The notes beneath the pieces were generated by a model that was given only the letters and a program-made list of their open reading frames with translations, was not told where the DNA came from and did not search any database. DNA of 64,000 bases from an uncultured delta proteobacterium (lineage in GTDB: Bacteria; Desulfobacterota; Binatia; Binatales; Binataceae), in the NCBI GenBank assembly GCA_963765675.1, contig CAVXXK010000014.1:64001-128000 (forward strand). The letters are read 5' to 3'. A program made the translations under genes and the position numbers. Below, one piece after another: positions 20,366-30,107 of the stretch (position 1 is the stretch's first letter; every line of letters starts with the position of its first letter).

Positions 20366-21035
20366 TCACTTGATAAGGTCACGGCACCGAAAGTCAATAT
20401 CTTCGCAGCTGCGTGACAACAATCTGTCAAGCGAGAACTGCTCGACTGCGAAAGATGCGACGGCACTTCCATAAAAGATCGCCGTGTGAAGCGCCGCTTC
20501 GGTTACGCGCGGCTCCCGTGCGAGGTAGCCCATGAAGAACGTCGAGCCGTGGCAGCAGTTTTCGGAGCTGCTCCCCGAAGTTCTCGATCCAATGAGTCAT
20601 CGTGTCGGCGGCGACGAGCTTGGGTTTGTGAACTTGGGACAGAACGCTCGCTTGCAATTCTGGCGCGACGTTCCTCAGGAACAGATAGTCGCATCGCTGG
20701 TGATCTGGGAGCAGTTTTGGAGAAAAGTTCTCGAAGACGTTCAGCCTAAGGCCCAGCGTGTCATGACAGCCCATGTCTGAGTGATAGCGCGCGTGCCATC
20801 GCAATGCTTTACCGGGCCGTTGCTCGAGGCCGCGCAGATCGATATCACGTTTGACGAGGATTTGGCGCGACTCGATTCTGAAGTCCGAGCCGACGGCCGC
20901 GATCACGCTTACCGGCGCGAAAAAACGCGCAGCAACCGAAAAGTACGCCGCCGATCCGCCGAGAACATCAGAAACGCCGCCATTGTCGGTCTCGATCGTG
21001 TCGTAGGCAATCGCGCCGACCACCACGAGATTCAT
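20366..21035 (-). pseudogene. PfkB-family sugar kinase with internal deletion and frameshift
   Basis: N-terminus VVVGAIAYDTIET...LGGSAAYFS runs to ...RLDV; C-terminus FMGYLA...YGSAVASFAVEQFSLDRL resumes in another frame at ~20536; the DPTGAGD catalytic segment is absent. Confidence 0.85.
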
Positions 21036-21086
21036 ATCGTACAGCTAGCGGTTCCACTGGAGCGCCGTTACGACCGTAGGTCGAGT

Positions 21087-21953
21087 TTAATGCCGCGCAG
21101 ACACTCCAATCGCTCGCGGGCGTTGAAGGAGTCGCGGAGAGTCGAGTTTAGTGACCTTCTGTCGGCGTTCCGGTTTTGAGTATGCAGGTTGGCTAATCAC
21201 GCACTGGACCTGGGCTCTGGCCCGTGACAAATTTCCGCTCTCACCGAAATTCCACTTGTTCAGCAGAAGATATTGCTTTCCACTGCGGCTCAGCAATTCT
21301 GCTTCCACCATTTCCGCAACCAGCCGGCTAACCATAGGTCTCGAACAACCTATCATCTCAGCCAGATCCTCATGCGCCAGGTCTGGGATTAGCAGAATTC
21401 CGCGGGCATCCTTGACTCCAAACCGCTGCGCCAAATCGCTCAACACAACTTCGAGGCGCTGCCAGAAAGGCAGGTTGAGCAGCGTTGCAAACCAACGAAG
21501 ATGTTGTGACCAGAAGGTATTGAGCTGTTGCAGGATTTCGACCAGTGCGTCAGGCCCCAAGGCGCGAAGCATGCGCGCCACTTGGTCACGATTGATGAAC
21601 GCCACCGCACATTTGCTTGCGCTTTGCGCTTCGAAAATCTGAGCACGCTGCGCTTTGGTATCGATGTAATCGGCATAGCCGATTAACTCGCCCGGCCCCG
21701 CCAGACGCACCAAAGTGCGGTTGCCGTCCGCGACTGTGCAATAGACTTTGATGAAGCCGCTGAGCACACATCCGAAGAGATCGTTCGCCGAACCCTCGCT
21801 CAAGACCAAGACGCCTTTCTCGAAATTGACCGCTAGATTGCGCTCGACAATTCCGTCGGTTATTTCAGCCGAGATGCCCCAAGTGGAAAGATTACTCCGA
21901 AGATGGGAAAAAGCGTCGGTATAATTATGGTGTGCGTTCGGATTCAACTTCAT
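21087..21953 (-). CDS. Crp/Fnr-family transcriptional regulator
   Basis: cNMP-like domain (VLSGFIKVY, GPGELIG) and HTH (LAHEDLAEMIGCSRPMVSRLV); ATG at 21953 with GGAG upstream. Confidence 0.9.
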   Translation of the reverse strand: MKLNPNAHHNYTDAFSHLRSNLSTWGISAEITDGIVERNLAVNFEKGVLVLSEGSANDLFGCVLSGFIKVYCTVADGNRTLVRLAGPGELIGYADYIDTKAQRAQIFEAQSASKCAVAFINRDQVARMLRALGPDALVEILQQLNTFWSQHLRWFATLLNLPFWQRLEVVLSDLAQRFGVKDARGILLIPDLAHEDLAEMIGCSRPMVSRLVAEMVEAELLSRSGKQYLLLNKWNFGESGNLSRARAQVQCVISQPAYSKPERRQKVTKLDSPRLLQRPRAIGVSARH

Positions 21954-22542
21954 TTTCTCTACTCCTCTATCGGGGTGCCGGCGTTGCATCCACCTCCTCT
22001 TTTCGAGCGCCTCAAAATGCTTTAGGACACCTGAATTCCATCACTGCCATCCGCGGCCTTCGTGTCCTGCGCGATCGCCGGGGTCCAGCACCTTGTTTTC
22101 GGGCTACCCCACAAGTTCAGAGAATGTGGGATAACGTAATGTGGCGACATACCGAACGGCTCTTAGGCTCTCATACAACCAAAAGTGACTATAGTCGCTA
22201 AAGTAAGGTCAATGGTATCGGACTCAATCAAATAGTCAATCAAGAACTTACGTCCATCCTGACGGGTATACTCATGAACCTCGTGAAATTTGACTCCAGC
22301 GTTATCGGCAGGTTTCAAAATAGCTGCCATAGAAAAACATAGCACGAAGCGGCTTCAAGGTAAGGAAGTTTTTTTGAGCCTTATGCCAGTTCCAATCGCG
22401 ATTCGGTTCGTTCCAAAAGCTTGTGAGCCCGATCCGGTTCGCATTAGACCGCGGCCCCGACGACGCCGCTCTCACAATAGGCGTGGCGATGTCTGTTTTC
22501 CGGCGGGTGAATTTAGGCGCGAGTGGCACTCGAAGCGTCCAA

Positions 22543-22590
22543 GCAGGCGCTCTTTTGGCATCAGCGCAGGCGCTCTTTTGGCATCAGCGC
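22543..22590. repeat. Perfect 23-bp tandem duplication (GCAGGCGCTCTTTTGGCATCAGC x2)
   Basis: Units at 22543-22565 and 22566-22588, read directly. Confidence 0.9.
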
Positions 22591-22944
22591 TAAGCTTCGT
22601 CCGAATCGAACGAATTGGGGTCCTTTGCCGCGGTGCTGTCGCGGCCCAGCAAGCCGATGATTCTGTGGTGCGCGTGCTTGCGCTGGCCCCCTCGACACGC
22701 TTCCGATATCGGCACGTTATGGGTCGATCGCCGGGAGACCCCGGGCCAGTCTCCACCGTTCGTTCGGTCGATCTGTTCCTGTACTTTGTCAAACAAGCAG
22801 GTGACTGATAGCAACGTTACTCACATTTGGTGTGTTACGGTGAATTTAATCAGTTTGTAGTTCATTGTGCGCCATAACTGTCCAGTCCCTAAAAACTCTC
22901 CTGCTATCATGTACCTGTACTTACACCTACGGAGGCACATGTAA

Positions 22945-23535
22945 ATGCACAGGCTTCTTATGACCACCATCGCGGCTGCCACGGTAGCGATTTTCATCAC
23001 GGGCATGATTGCCATATCGGCGCGCTCGGTGCGCGCGCAGCAGAGTGATGTGGGTGAAGCTCAATTCGAGGGAGCGCATGGCGCTACCGGCGGTGTGGCA
23101 CAACCCGACAAAGCCGCTGCGCCAATCGATGTAAACGGATGCTGGACGGGGACGTTGTCGGACGTGGACGCCGGAGCAGGCAGTGGTTACCTGAACTTTG
23201 ATCAAGCGACGAACAAGAAAGGTCAACTTAAAAAAAATCTAAAGAGCATCAAATCGGCTTCAACTCACAATATTTACGTTGTGTGGAGCGACAATAGCTG
23301 CGCGTTTGGCTTCGGTCCGGGAACTGCCACCTCGACCGGTTTTCACGAGAAATTGAATACGGGAGGTAAATGCAAAGTCACGGTTGTCGGAAACATTTCG
23401 GGCAACGACTTGGTCGGCTCATATACCTTTCATGGATGCCCATCGAGCTTTGGCAGTCATTCTGGTTCGTTTGACCTGACCTTTGACAACACCGGCGACT
23501 CCTGCAACATCCCCAACGCTTGCAGCACCAACTGA
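22945..23535 (+). CDS. Hypothetical secreted beta-rich protein with six Cys
   Basis: Signal peptide ending VRA-QQ; GGAGG RBS upstream; Gly/Ser/Thr-rich. Confidence 0.7.
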   Translation: MHRLLMTTIAAATVAIFITGMIAISARSVRAQQSDVGEAQFEGAHGATGGVAQPDKAAAPIDVNGCWTGTLSDVDAGAGSGYLNFDQATNKKGQLKKNLKSIKSASTHNIYVVWSDNSCAFGFGPGTATSTGFHEKLNTGGKCKVTVVGNISGNDLVGSYTFHGCPSSFGSHSGSFDLTFDNTGDSCNIPNACSTN

Positions 23536-24088
23536 TCGGAGGTCAGCACGATTGTTATGCAGCAGAGATCTCCCTATTGCCAACCTGCTGCAGAAATTGC
23601 CGTAGAAGGGGCCTCAGAGATGTCGAGCATGTACGCGATCCGGTAGCAGTACGAATCCACCGAGTAGGATGTTTGTACTCTTGGCAGGGCGAGATGACGG
23701 TGAACCGTCTGCTCGGCAACGCCTTTCGTCAAGGAGCTTGCCGGCAGATGGTTGAGCCGTGGTGGCCGGGTCGGACCGATCGAGCTTCCGACCTCATTCT
23801 TCGTTCCCGCTTGAGCGCCGCCGCCCTCGATACTGACGCAAGACAGCGACAGACCGTGCCTCGGCCGCGCCGCGGCATCTGACATCTCTTTCATTTTTGC
23901 GACGGGCGAACGTGAGATCCTCGTGCTGCTGGCGATTTCGCATGGACCGACAAATGCCATGCGAGTTCGCGCGTGCGGTTGGCCGACGTGATCAATGGCC
24001 GACCCGGCCGGGTGTACGACACTTGCGAAGGGAATTCGCCGCCAGCCTCGGGTCTGTCGCTTCGGCCGCACATGGGGCGAATTGACGC

Positions 24089-24120
24089 TTGACCCTGGAC
24101 TGTGGTCAAGGGTCTATCGT
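24089..24120 (+). promoter_or_regulatory. MerR-type promoter/operator with long spacer
   Basis: -35 TTGACC (24089-94), 20-bp spacer, -10 TATCGT (24115-20); dyad GACCCTGGAC-N4-GTCAAGGGTC (9/10 match). Confidence 0.85.
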
Positions 24121-24129
24121 GAGGCACAG

Positions 24130-24564
24130 ATGACGATTGGTCGAGTAGCTGACGCCGCCGCAGTGAGCATAGACACGATCCGGTTCTACGAGCGGCAGGG
24201 CCTGATCGCGAAGCCGGGACGAAGTTTCTCGGGTTACAGGAATTATTCCGAGGACGTGCTCGACCGACTGCGTTTTATCGGCGAGGCGAAGCTGCTCGGA
24301 TTCACCCTGAGGGAAATCAAGGAACTGCTTTCACTCGGCGTAAAATCGACGACCGAATGCGGCCCCGTCACACGAAAGGCGGAAGCGAAACTCGTCGAAA
24401 TGAACCAGGAAATCGGCCGTCTGATGCGGCTCCGGATGACCTTGCGCAAGATGATCGAGGATTGCGGCGGACAATGCGTGCCGACGCATATGTCTCACCG
24501 GGCGTTCGCCCTGCGACGAAAGCGGCAAGTCGCAGGAAAAAGGAGATTACTATGGAAGTCGTGA
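24130..24564 (+). CDS. MerR-family metal-responsive regulator (ZntR/MerR-like)
   Basis: MTIGRVA...DTIRFYERQGL, GYRNY, LGFTLREIKELL; Cys in STTEC and CGGQC. Confidence 0.92.
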   Translation: MTIGRVADAAAVSIDTIRFYERQGLIAKPGRSFSGYRNYSEDVLDRLRFIGEAKLLGFTLREIKELLSLGVKSTTECGPVTRKAEAKLVEMNQEIGRLMRLRMTLRKMIEDCGGQCVPTHMSHRAFALRRKRQVAGKRRLLWKS

Positions 24565-24779
24565 TTTATACGAATACCGGATGCTCGGCGTGCCATCAGG
24601 CGAAGGAATTCCTCGCACAGCATCACGTCAGCTTTGTCGAGAAAAGTATCGCCAATGACGATTCCGCTCGCGACGAGCTGGTCCGCCTTGGCTTTCGCGC
24701 GGTGCCGGTTATCCGCGTCGGCGCCGAAACGATGCTGGGATTCAGCGCGGCGAAACTGAGAAAGATGCTCGGAATCTGA
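24552..24779 (+). CDS. Glutaredoxin/NrdH-like redoxin
   Basis: VIYT...CSACHQAKEFL, AVPVI, GF; strong RBS AGGAG. Confidence 0.9.
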   Translation: MEVVIYTNTGCSACHQAKEFLAQHHVSFVEKSIANDDSARDELVRLGFRAVPVIRVGAETMLGFSAAKLRKMLGI

Positions 24780-24801
24780 AAATCGCGTAGCGGGGAAGAT
24801 A

Positions 24802-25356
24802 ATGAGCGATTCGTACCAGGTCAGCTTTGAAAACGAATTCGTGCGAATCGTGAACGTCAGTATTCCGGCGCGACAAACGCCGGCCATATATACACCTTCC
24901 GCGTTGCCGCTGGTCCGGATCGATCTCAACTCGCTAAAGACACGCTATTGCGACGCTACTTCGCGGCAAGAGCTGGCGCGTGCGAGTGACAATGCTGTGC
25001 GTGAGATTCGAGTCGAGATCAAGGCTGCGCCGTTCGCGAAGGCTCTCGCGCTGGATACGGTCCGCGTAGATCCAGCGCGATATCGAGTCGATTTTGAAAA
25101 TGACAAAGTCCGCGTGGTCCGCCTTGGCTTCGCTCCCCGAGAGAAGGGCGTCATGGTGGCGCATCCGCCGCGCGTCCTGATCACGCTCACCGACGTGCGG
25201 GTGAAGCTCATCTTTCAGGATGGAAGGGCCGATGAGCGCGGTGCGCCGGCGGGTGTCGCTGCGTGGCTCGAACCCGAAACACTGCAGACCGAGAACGCCT
25301 CGAATCAACCGCTGGAGGTTGTTCTGGTCGAACCGAAGAGCGCGCACGGTTTCTGA
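24802..25356 (+). CDS. Tandem cupin-like protein with degenerate metal ligands
   Basis: Internal repeat YQVSFENEFVRIV / YRVDFENDKVRVV. Confidence 0.65.
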   Translation: MSDSYQVSFENEFVRIVNVSIPARQTPAIYTPSALPLVRIDLNSLKTRYCDATSRQELARASDNAVREIRVEIKAAPFAKALALDTVRVDPARYRVDFENDKVRVVRLGFAPREKGVMVAHPPRVLITLTDVRVKLIFQDGRADERGAPAGVAAWLEPETLQTENASNQPLEVVLVEPKSAHGF

Positions 25357-25429
25357 TCGGTTCCAGTTTGAGCGCGCAATTGTACGAGAGCCAACCGGCC
25401 GCGCTAGATTGCACGCGGGAGGGTTAACA

Positions 25430-26191
25430 ATGCGGCTTCAGGATAAAGTTGCGATTGTGACCGGCGCAGCCAGCGGTATCGGGCGCGCGAGCGCCATAGC
25501 GTTTGCTCGCGAGGGCGCGAGGCTGGTGTTAAACGATCTCGACGCGCCCGGGTTGGAGGCCGTCATCCTGAAAATAGGACGAGAGCGCACTCGCGCAGTT
25601 GCCGGCAGCGTGGCGGATGAAGGCGTCGCGCGCCGGCTCGCGCAGGAGGCGATCTCAGCGTTTGGCCGCATTGATATCCTGGTGAACAACGCCGGGATTC
25701 ATTTCGTCAGGGACATCACCGAGATGACCGTCGCGGAGTGGGACCGGCTGATGGACGTTAATCTGAAGAGCATGTTTCTCTGCTGCAAGCACGTCATTCC
25801 GCACATGGTGAAGCAGAAGAAGGGCGCGATCGTGAATTTGGCTTCGATTTCGTCTTTCATCGGGCAGGAGATGGAAGGGGCCAGCACCTTTGCCTACAAC
25901 GTCACCAAGGCCGGCGCGCTGCAGCTAACGAAGTCGCTCGCGACACGCTACGCTTCCGATGGTATCCGCGTGAACTGCGTATGCCCCGGCAACGTCGAGA
26001 CCAATATTCTCAAACGCGGGACGCCGGCCGAAGTGGCTGAGTTCTGGCGCGCGGCATCGCGGGCTGAGCCGATAGGCCGCAACGCTCAGCCCGAGGAGAT
26101 CGCCAACGCAATTCTGTTTCTCGCGTCGGACGAATCATCGTTCGTGACCGGGTCCCCTCTCATCGTCGATGGAGGATACCTGGCGCGTTAG
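25430..26191 (+). CDS. SDR-family oxidoreductase
   Basis: TGAASGIG, NNAG, YNVTK, VDGG; ATG at 25430 with GGAGG RBS. Confidence 0.92.
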   Translation: MRLQDKVAIVTGAASGIGRASAIAFAREGARLVLNDLDAPGLEAVILKIGRERTRAVAGSVADEGVARRLAQEAISAFGRIDILVNNAGIHFVRDITEMTVAEWDRLMDVNLKSMFLCCKHVIPHMVKQKKGAIVNLASISSFIGQEMEGASTFAYNVTKAGALQLTKSLATRYASDGIRVNCVCPGNVETNILKRGTPAEVAEFWRAASRAEPIGRNAQPEEIANAILFLASDESSFVTGSPLIVDGGYLAR

Positions 26192-26200
26192 ACGCACCGG

Positions 26201-27193
26201 TTAGCGCCGGCCGAGCTTCGCGTACAACTCTGTCTCTGCCCGGGCGATCGGAGATTCAGACGCTTCACCGAGGAGCCGTTTGAACGTCGGCGATCCAGCT
26301 GCCTGCTCCGCGGCCCACCGCTTGGCAAAGGTGCCGTCGCGAATCTCCGTGATCGCCTTGCGCATCAGTGCCTCCGCGTCGGCTCCAATGAACTGTGCGC
26401 CGTGGGTGAGCTGTCCAAACTGACTGGTATGCGAATGCAACTTGAGCTGGTTCCAGATCCCCATCGAGGACATCGCCCGGCCGATCTCGCCGAGTTCCCC
26501 CGATGCATACAGCTCGAGCATCGCGACTTCGGGACTGACCCCCGCCTCGAGCAACAGTTTGTAAGCGCGCTCGAGCAGGAAGAGCATCGCACCCGCCCAA
26601 GTATGCTCGGAGAAGAGATCGACCATTGTTTCTTCTTCGAAGCTCGACTCGACGACAGCGCCGTGCGGAAGAAACGCGCCGATACCGTCGGAGATCGCAA
26701 GCGTGGTCGCAAGGGCACGGCCCGAGGCGTCCTGTTTGACGCCGATTAAGACCGGAAATCCCTCGCCGCGCGCGGGCAATTCGAGGACACCCTGGCCGAT
26801 CATCCGCGGCGCGACCAGGACCACGTCGACCTCACGCGGCGGAACGATGAACTTGTAGGTGATGTTGTAGCCGCTGGCGAAGACGAGAGTCTTGCCGCCC
26901 TCAAGATGCGGTTCAATCATCCGCCTGTAGATATCCGGCGCAATCTCGTCGGGCAGCAGCAGCATCACGACGTCGGCGAGTGCCGCGGCTGCGCCCATCG
27001 CGAGCACATCGAAACCGTCGGTGCGCGCCTGCCGCCAACTGTCGTCTTCCTGGTTGCCGACGATCACACGATGACCGGCGCGGCGCAGATTGATCGCCTG
27101 CGAACGTCCTTGGTTTCCATAGCCGATGATCGCGATAGTTTTGCCGCTGAGAACCCTGGGGTCGGCGTCCGTCGCCGCAAAGAATTTCGCCAT
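26201..27193 (-). CDS. ilvC: Ketol-acid reductoisomerase (class I), divergent paralog
   Basis: GYGNQG, LLPDE, VAPRMIG, DLFSE, HSHTSQFG, GTFAKRW; AGGAGG RBS. Confidence 0.8.
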   Translation of the reverse strand: MAKFFAATDADPRVLSGKTIAIIGYGNQGRSQAINLRRAGHRVIVGNQEDDSWRQARTDGFDVLAMGAAAALADVVMLLLPDEIAPDIYRRMIEPHLEGGKTLVFASGYNITYKFIVPPREVDVVLVAPRMIGQGVLELPARGEGFPVLIGVKQDASGRALATTLAISDGIGAFLPHGAVVESSFEEETMVDLFSEHTWAGAMLFLLERAYKLLLEAGVSPEVAMLELYASGELGEIGRAMSSMGIWNQLKLHSHTSQFGQLTHGAQFIGADAEALMRKAITEIRDGTFAKRWAAEQAAGSPTFKRLLGEASESPIARAETELYAKLGRR

Positions 27194-27228
27194 TGCCGTC
27201 ATCCTCCTATTTTCTCAGAGACCGGAAA

Positions 27229-28152
27229 TCATTTCTCGCCGAGAGCCCAGGTCTTGATTAGATGATGCGCGATCGCGAGCGGTGGAGGCACGCGGATGCC
27301 GTCGACCTGCTTGCCTTCGATCAGCTTGCGCGCGGTGCTGCGCTCGATCCATCGCACCTCGGCGAGCTCAGTCTCGTCCGCCTTCACATCGCGGCTTTCG
27401 GCCTTGGCGAAACATCCGATCATCAGCGACGAGGGAAAGGGCCACGGCTGCGTCGCGTAGTAAGTCACCTCGCCGACCTTCACCGATGCTTCTTCCATCA
27501 GCTCGCGCCGCACCGCTTCTTCGACCGTTTCGCCGGGCTCGACAAAGCCCGCCAGCGCGGAGAACATCCCCGGCGGAAATAGCTTGCCGCGTCCGATCAG
27601 GCACGCCTCGCCGTCGGTTGCGAGCATGATGACGACGGGATCGACGCGCGGAAAATGCTCGGCGCTGCAGTTGCTGCACAGACGCCTGTATCCCGCGTCC
27701 ATCAGCTTGGTTGGAGTGCCGCAGCGAGGGCAGAAGCCGTGACGCTGATGCCAATCAATCATCGCCTTCGCCTGCGCGATCATCGCAGCGTGTTCGAGCG
27801 ATACCGTCGCCGCAGCAACGCGAGCATCACGGAAATATCCGAGTCCGGCGAGCGGTCCGGTGTTCGCCGGGTCACCGGCCTCGGACACGTCGAGCGCAAA
27901 CACGGCACGGTCGCCGTCGAGGCCGAGAAAGATACACGCCGCTCCGTCGCTCGCGAGCGAATCCACAACTTCGGGACTGAGCAGCCCGAGTCCGACCGTG
28001 TCATCCGAGATCTTCGCTTCGATCAGAAAAGGCTCCAGCCGCCACATCGGAAGAATCAGCGACGAGGGATCGCGCCGTTTGGACTCGATCCATTTTTGAT
28101 CGGTGCGCTTTTCACTCGCGCGATTAAGCGGATTGCCGGAAAACGGAATCAT
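27229..28152 (-). CDS. nudC: NAD(+) diphosphatase
   Basis: FCPRCG...CSNC zinc ribbon, FPRVDP, Nudix box GFVEPGETVEEAVRRELMEEA, TQPWPFPSSLM. Confidence 0.93.
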   Translation of the reverse strand: MIPFSGNPLNRASEKRTDQKWIESKRRDPSSLILPMWRLEPFLIEAKISDDTVGLGLLSPEVVDSLASDGAACIFLGLDGDRAVFALDVSEAGDPANTGPLAGLGYFRDARVAAATVSLEHAAMIAQAKAMIDWHQRHGFCPRCGTPTKLMDAGYRRLCSNCSAEHFPRVDPVVIMLATDGEACLIGRGKLFPPGMFSALAGFVEPGETVEEAVRRELMEEASVKVGEVTYYATQPWPFPSSLMIGCFAKAESRDVKADETELAEVRWIERSTARKLIEGKQVDGIRVPPPLAIAHHLIKTWALGEK

Positions 28153-28252
28153 TCAGCTTCTCCAGGGGCAAGGCCTCACGAAATAAGTCTGACGCTCCCC
28201 GCCAACCTAGTCTTATTCGGCGGCAAATTGCACGTGCGAACAGAATCGACGC

Positions 28253-29026
28253 TCAGCCGCCGGTTGGGTGGGAGGCTCCTCCGTCGACCGTCAGGATTGC
28301 ACCGGTGGTGAAGCTCGCGGCGTCGCTTGCGAGGTATAGTGCTGCACCGACAATCTCAGTCGCGTCGCCGGCGCGGCGCATTGGAAAGCTGCTCGAGCGG
28401 GTTTTGAATTCCTCGGTATGCGCCCACACCGTGCTCACGTCGGTCAGAAACGGTCCCGCCATGATGCAATTGACGCGCACCTTCGGACCGTATTCCTGCG
28501 CGAACGCGATCGTGATCGCGTTCAGTCCGGCCTTTGCCGCTGAGTAGGGCGTGGTAGTGCGAGAGGGACGAACGGCTGCGGTCGAAGATACATTTATGAT
28601 CGCGCCTCCGTCGCCGGCCGCCATCCGCGAACCGAACAGCGCCGACAATCTGAATGGCCCCTTGAGGTTTACCCCTACGACCTTGTCGAATAGTTCCTCC
28701 GTATGCTCGGCGAGAGAAGGATAAAGCGGCGACATACCGGCGTTGTTGATTAGTACGTCGCATCGGCTCCATCGTGCATAAACCTCGTCGACGAGCCGAT
28801 CACAGTCGTCCCACTTGCCAACATGCACGGCGTGCGCGGAACCTTCGGCGCCGAGCGCGCGGATTTCCTTAACCGTGGCCTCGCACGCTTCCAGCTTGCG
28901 GCTCGCGATCGCGACGTTTGCGCCCGCCCGCGCAAAAGCTAGCGCCATCGCGTGGCCCAGACCGCGGCTACCGCCGGTGATCGCGACTACTTTTCTCTTG
29001 AAATCATAAATTGGCTCTATACTCAC
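28253..29026 (-). CDS. SDR-family oxidoreductase
   Basis: TGGSRGLG, NNAG, YSAAK, VDGG. Confidence 0.92.
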   Translation of the reverse strand: MSIEPIYDFKRKVVAITGGSRGLGHAMALAFARAGANVAIASRKLEACEATVKEIRALGAEGSAHAVHVGKWDDCDRLVDEVYARWSRCDVLINNAGMSPLYPSLAEHTEELFDKVVGVNLKGPFRLSALFGSRMAAGDGGAIINVSSTAAVRPSRTTTPYSAAKAGLNAITIAFAQEYGPKVRVNCIMAGPFLTDVSTVWAHTEEFKTRSSSFPMRRAGDATEIVGAALYLASDAASFTTGAILTVDGGASHPTGG

Positions 29027-29066
29027 AATTGTGCATTGACCTCATTCACGATCAGGATTGGTATAA

Positions 29067-30068
29067 CTAAATTATAGTAGTAATTACCGGCTCTGAGGTG
29101 GCTAGCTCCGGCAGAACATGATCGGTGAAAGAAAGAAAAGTCTCATGGCTCAGTGGAGCGGTGATCATGTAATCGAGATGAATCTTTTCATTCAAACGCC
29201 TGATCTGATCGACTACACTTTCCGCGGTGCCATGAATCACCATCTGATCGACGTATTTCTGGAGTAGCGTTGCGCTGTCGCCGCGTTCGCCCTGCGGATT
29301 GACATAAGTGCGGAGCATGAATTTGGACCCCTCGCGCGCCACCTCGGTCGCTTCCGCTTCGGTGCGAGCGATCGCCACCAGCCGAACTGTCGGAGTAACG
29401 CGCCCTTCGATGCTGTGGCCGTGCTCGATCATCAGCCTGCGCCAGGTCTCCATCTTTTCCCCGATGACTGAGGTTGGCGAATGAGGATCGAGCATAATCG
29501 AATATCCCTGTTCCGCGGCCCATTCGACTGCCGACGGAGAATAAGCCGCGACCCACATGGGGGGATGCGGCTGCTGCAACGGTTTCGGCAGCAACTCGAT
29601 ATTCTCGAACGAAAAATATTTTCCATGATAACTGACGCGCTGGTTGCGCCACGCACTCAGGACTATTTCCACCGATTCGCGAAACCGCGGATAGCTTTCC
29701 TCAGGCGTCATCCCGAAAGTGCGGAATTCCTTCGGATCGAATCCGCGTCCCGCGCCCCAATAGACTCGTCCTCCGGATAGAATGTCCAGCAACGCAACTT
29801 CTTCCGCGAGGCGCAGCGGATGATAGAAAGCCGCAAGGGTGACTCCGGTCGCGATGTGCAGCTTTTTCGTGCGTGCCGCCGCATACGCGCCCATCACCGG
29901 GATCGAAGGACAGACGCTGTAGTCATTGAAGTGGTGTTCGGTGATCCATACGGCGTCGTAGCCGCCGCGATCCATGATCTCGATTCGCTGCAGAGCCCGT
30001 TCGTAGACGGTCGGCATCGAAATCCGCCGATCGGGCCAACTAAAGAACTGTAAAACGCCAAACTTCAT
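29067..30068 (-). CDS. LLM-class flavin-dependent oxidoreductase (luciferase-like)
   Basis: MKFG, VWITEHHF, HPLRLAEEVALLDILSGGR, PKPLQQPHPP. Confidence 0.9.
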   Translation of the reverse strand: MKFGVLQFFSWPDRRISMPTVYERALQRIEIMDRGGYDAVWITEHHFNDYSVCPSIPVMGAYAAARTKKLHIATGVTLAAFYHPLRLAEEVALLDILSGGRVYWGAGRGFDPKEFRTFGMTPEESYPRFRESVEIVLSAWRNQRVSYHGKYFSFENIELLPKPLQQPHPPMWVAAYSPSAVEWAAEQGYSIMLDPHSPTSVIGEKMETWRRLMIEHGHSIEGRVTPTVRLVAIARTEAEATEVAREGSKFMLRTYVNPQGERGDSATLLQKYVDQMVIHGTAESVVDQIRRLNEKIHLDYMITAPLSHETFLSFTDHVLPELATSEPVITTII

Positions 30069-30107
30069 GATTGCACCCGCGGCGCGTCCCGGCTGGTTTC
30101 GGCGGGT

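Noticed and set aside
22801-22830. Possible Crp site (TCACATTT half-site)
   Set aside because: No matching TGTGA half-site at the required 6-bp spacing.
23540-24080. Short ORFs or a structured RNA between the secreted protein and merR
   Set aside because: No recognisable protein motif, riboswitch or tRNA signature by eye.
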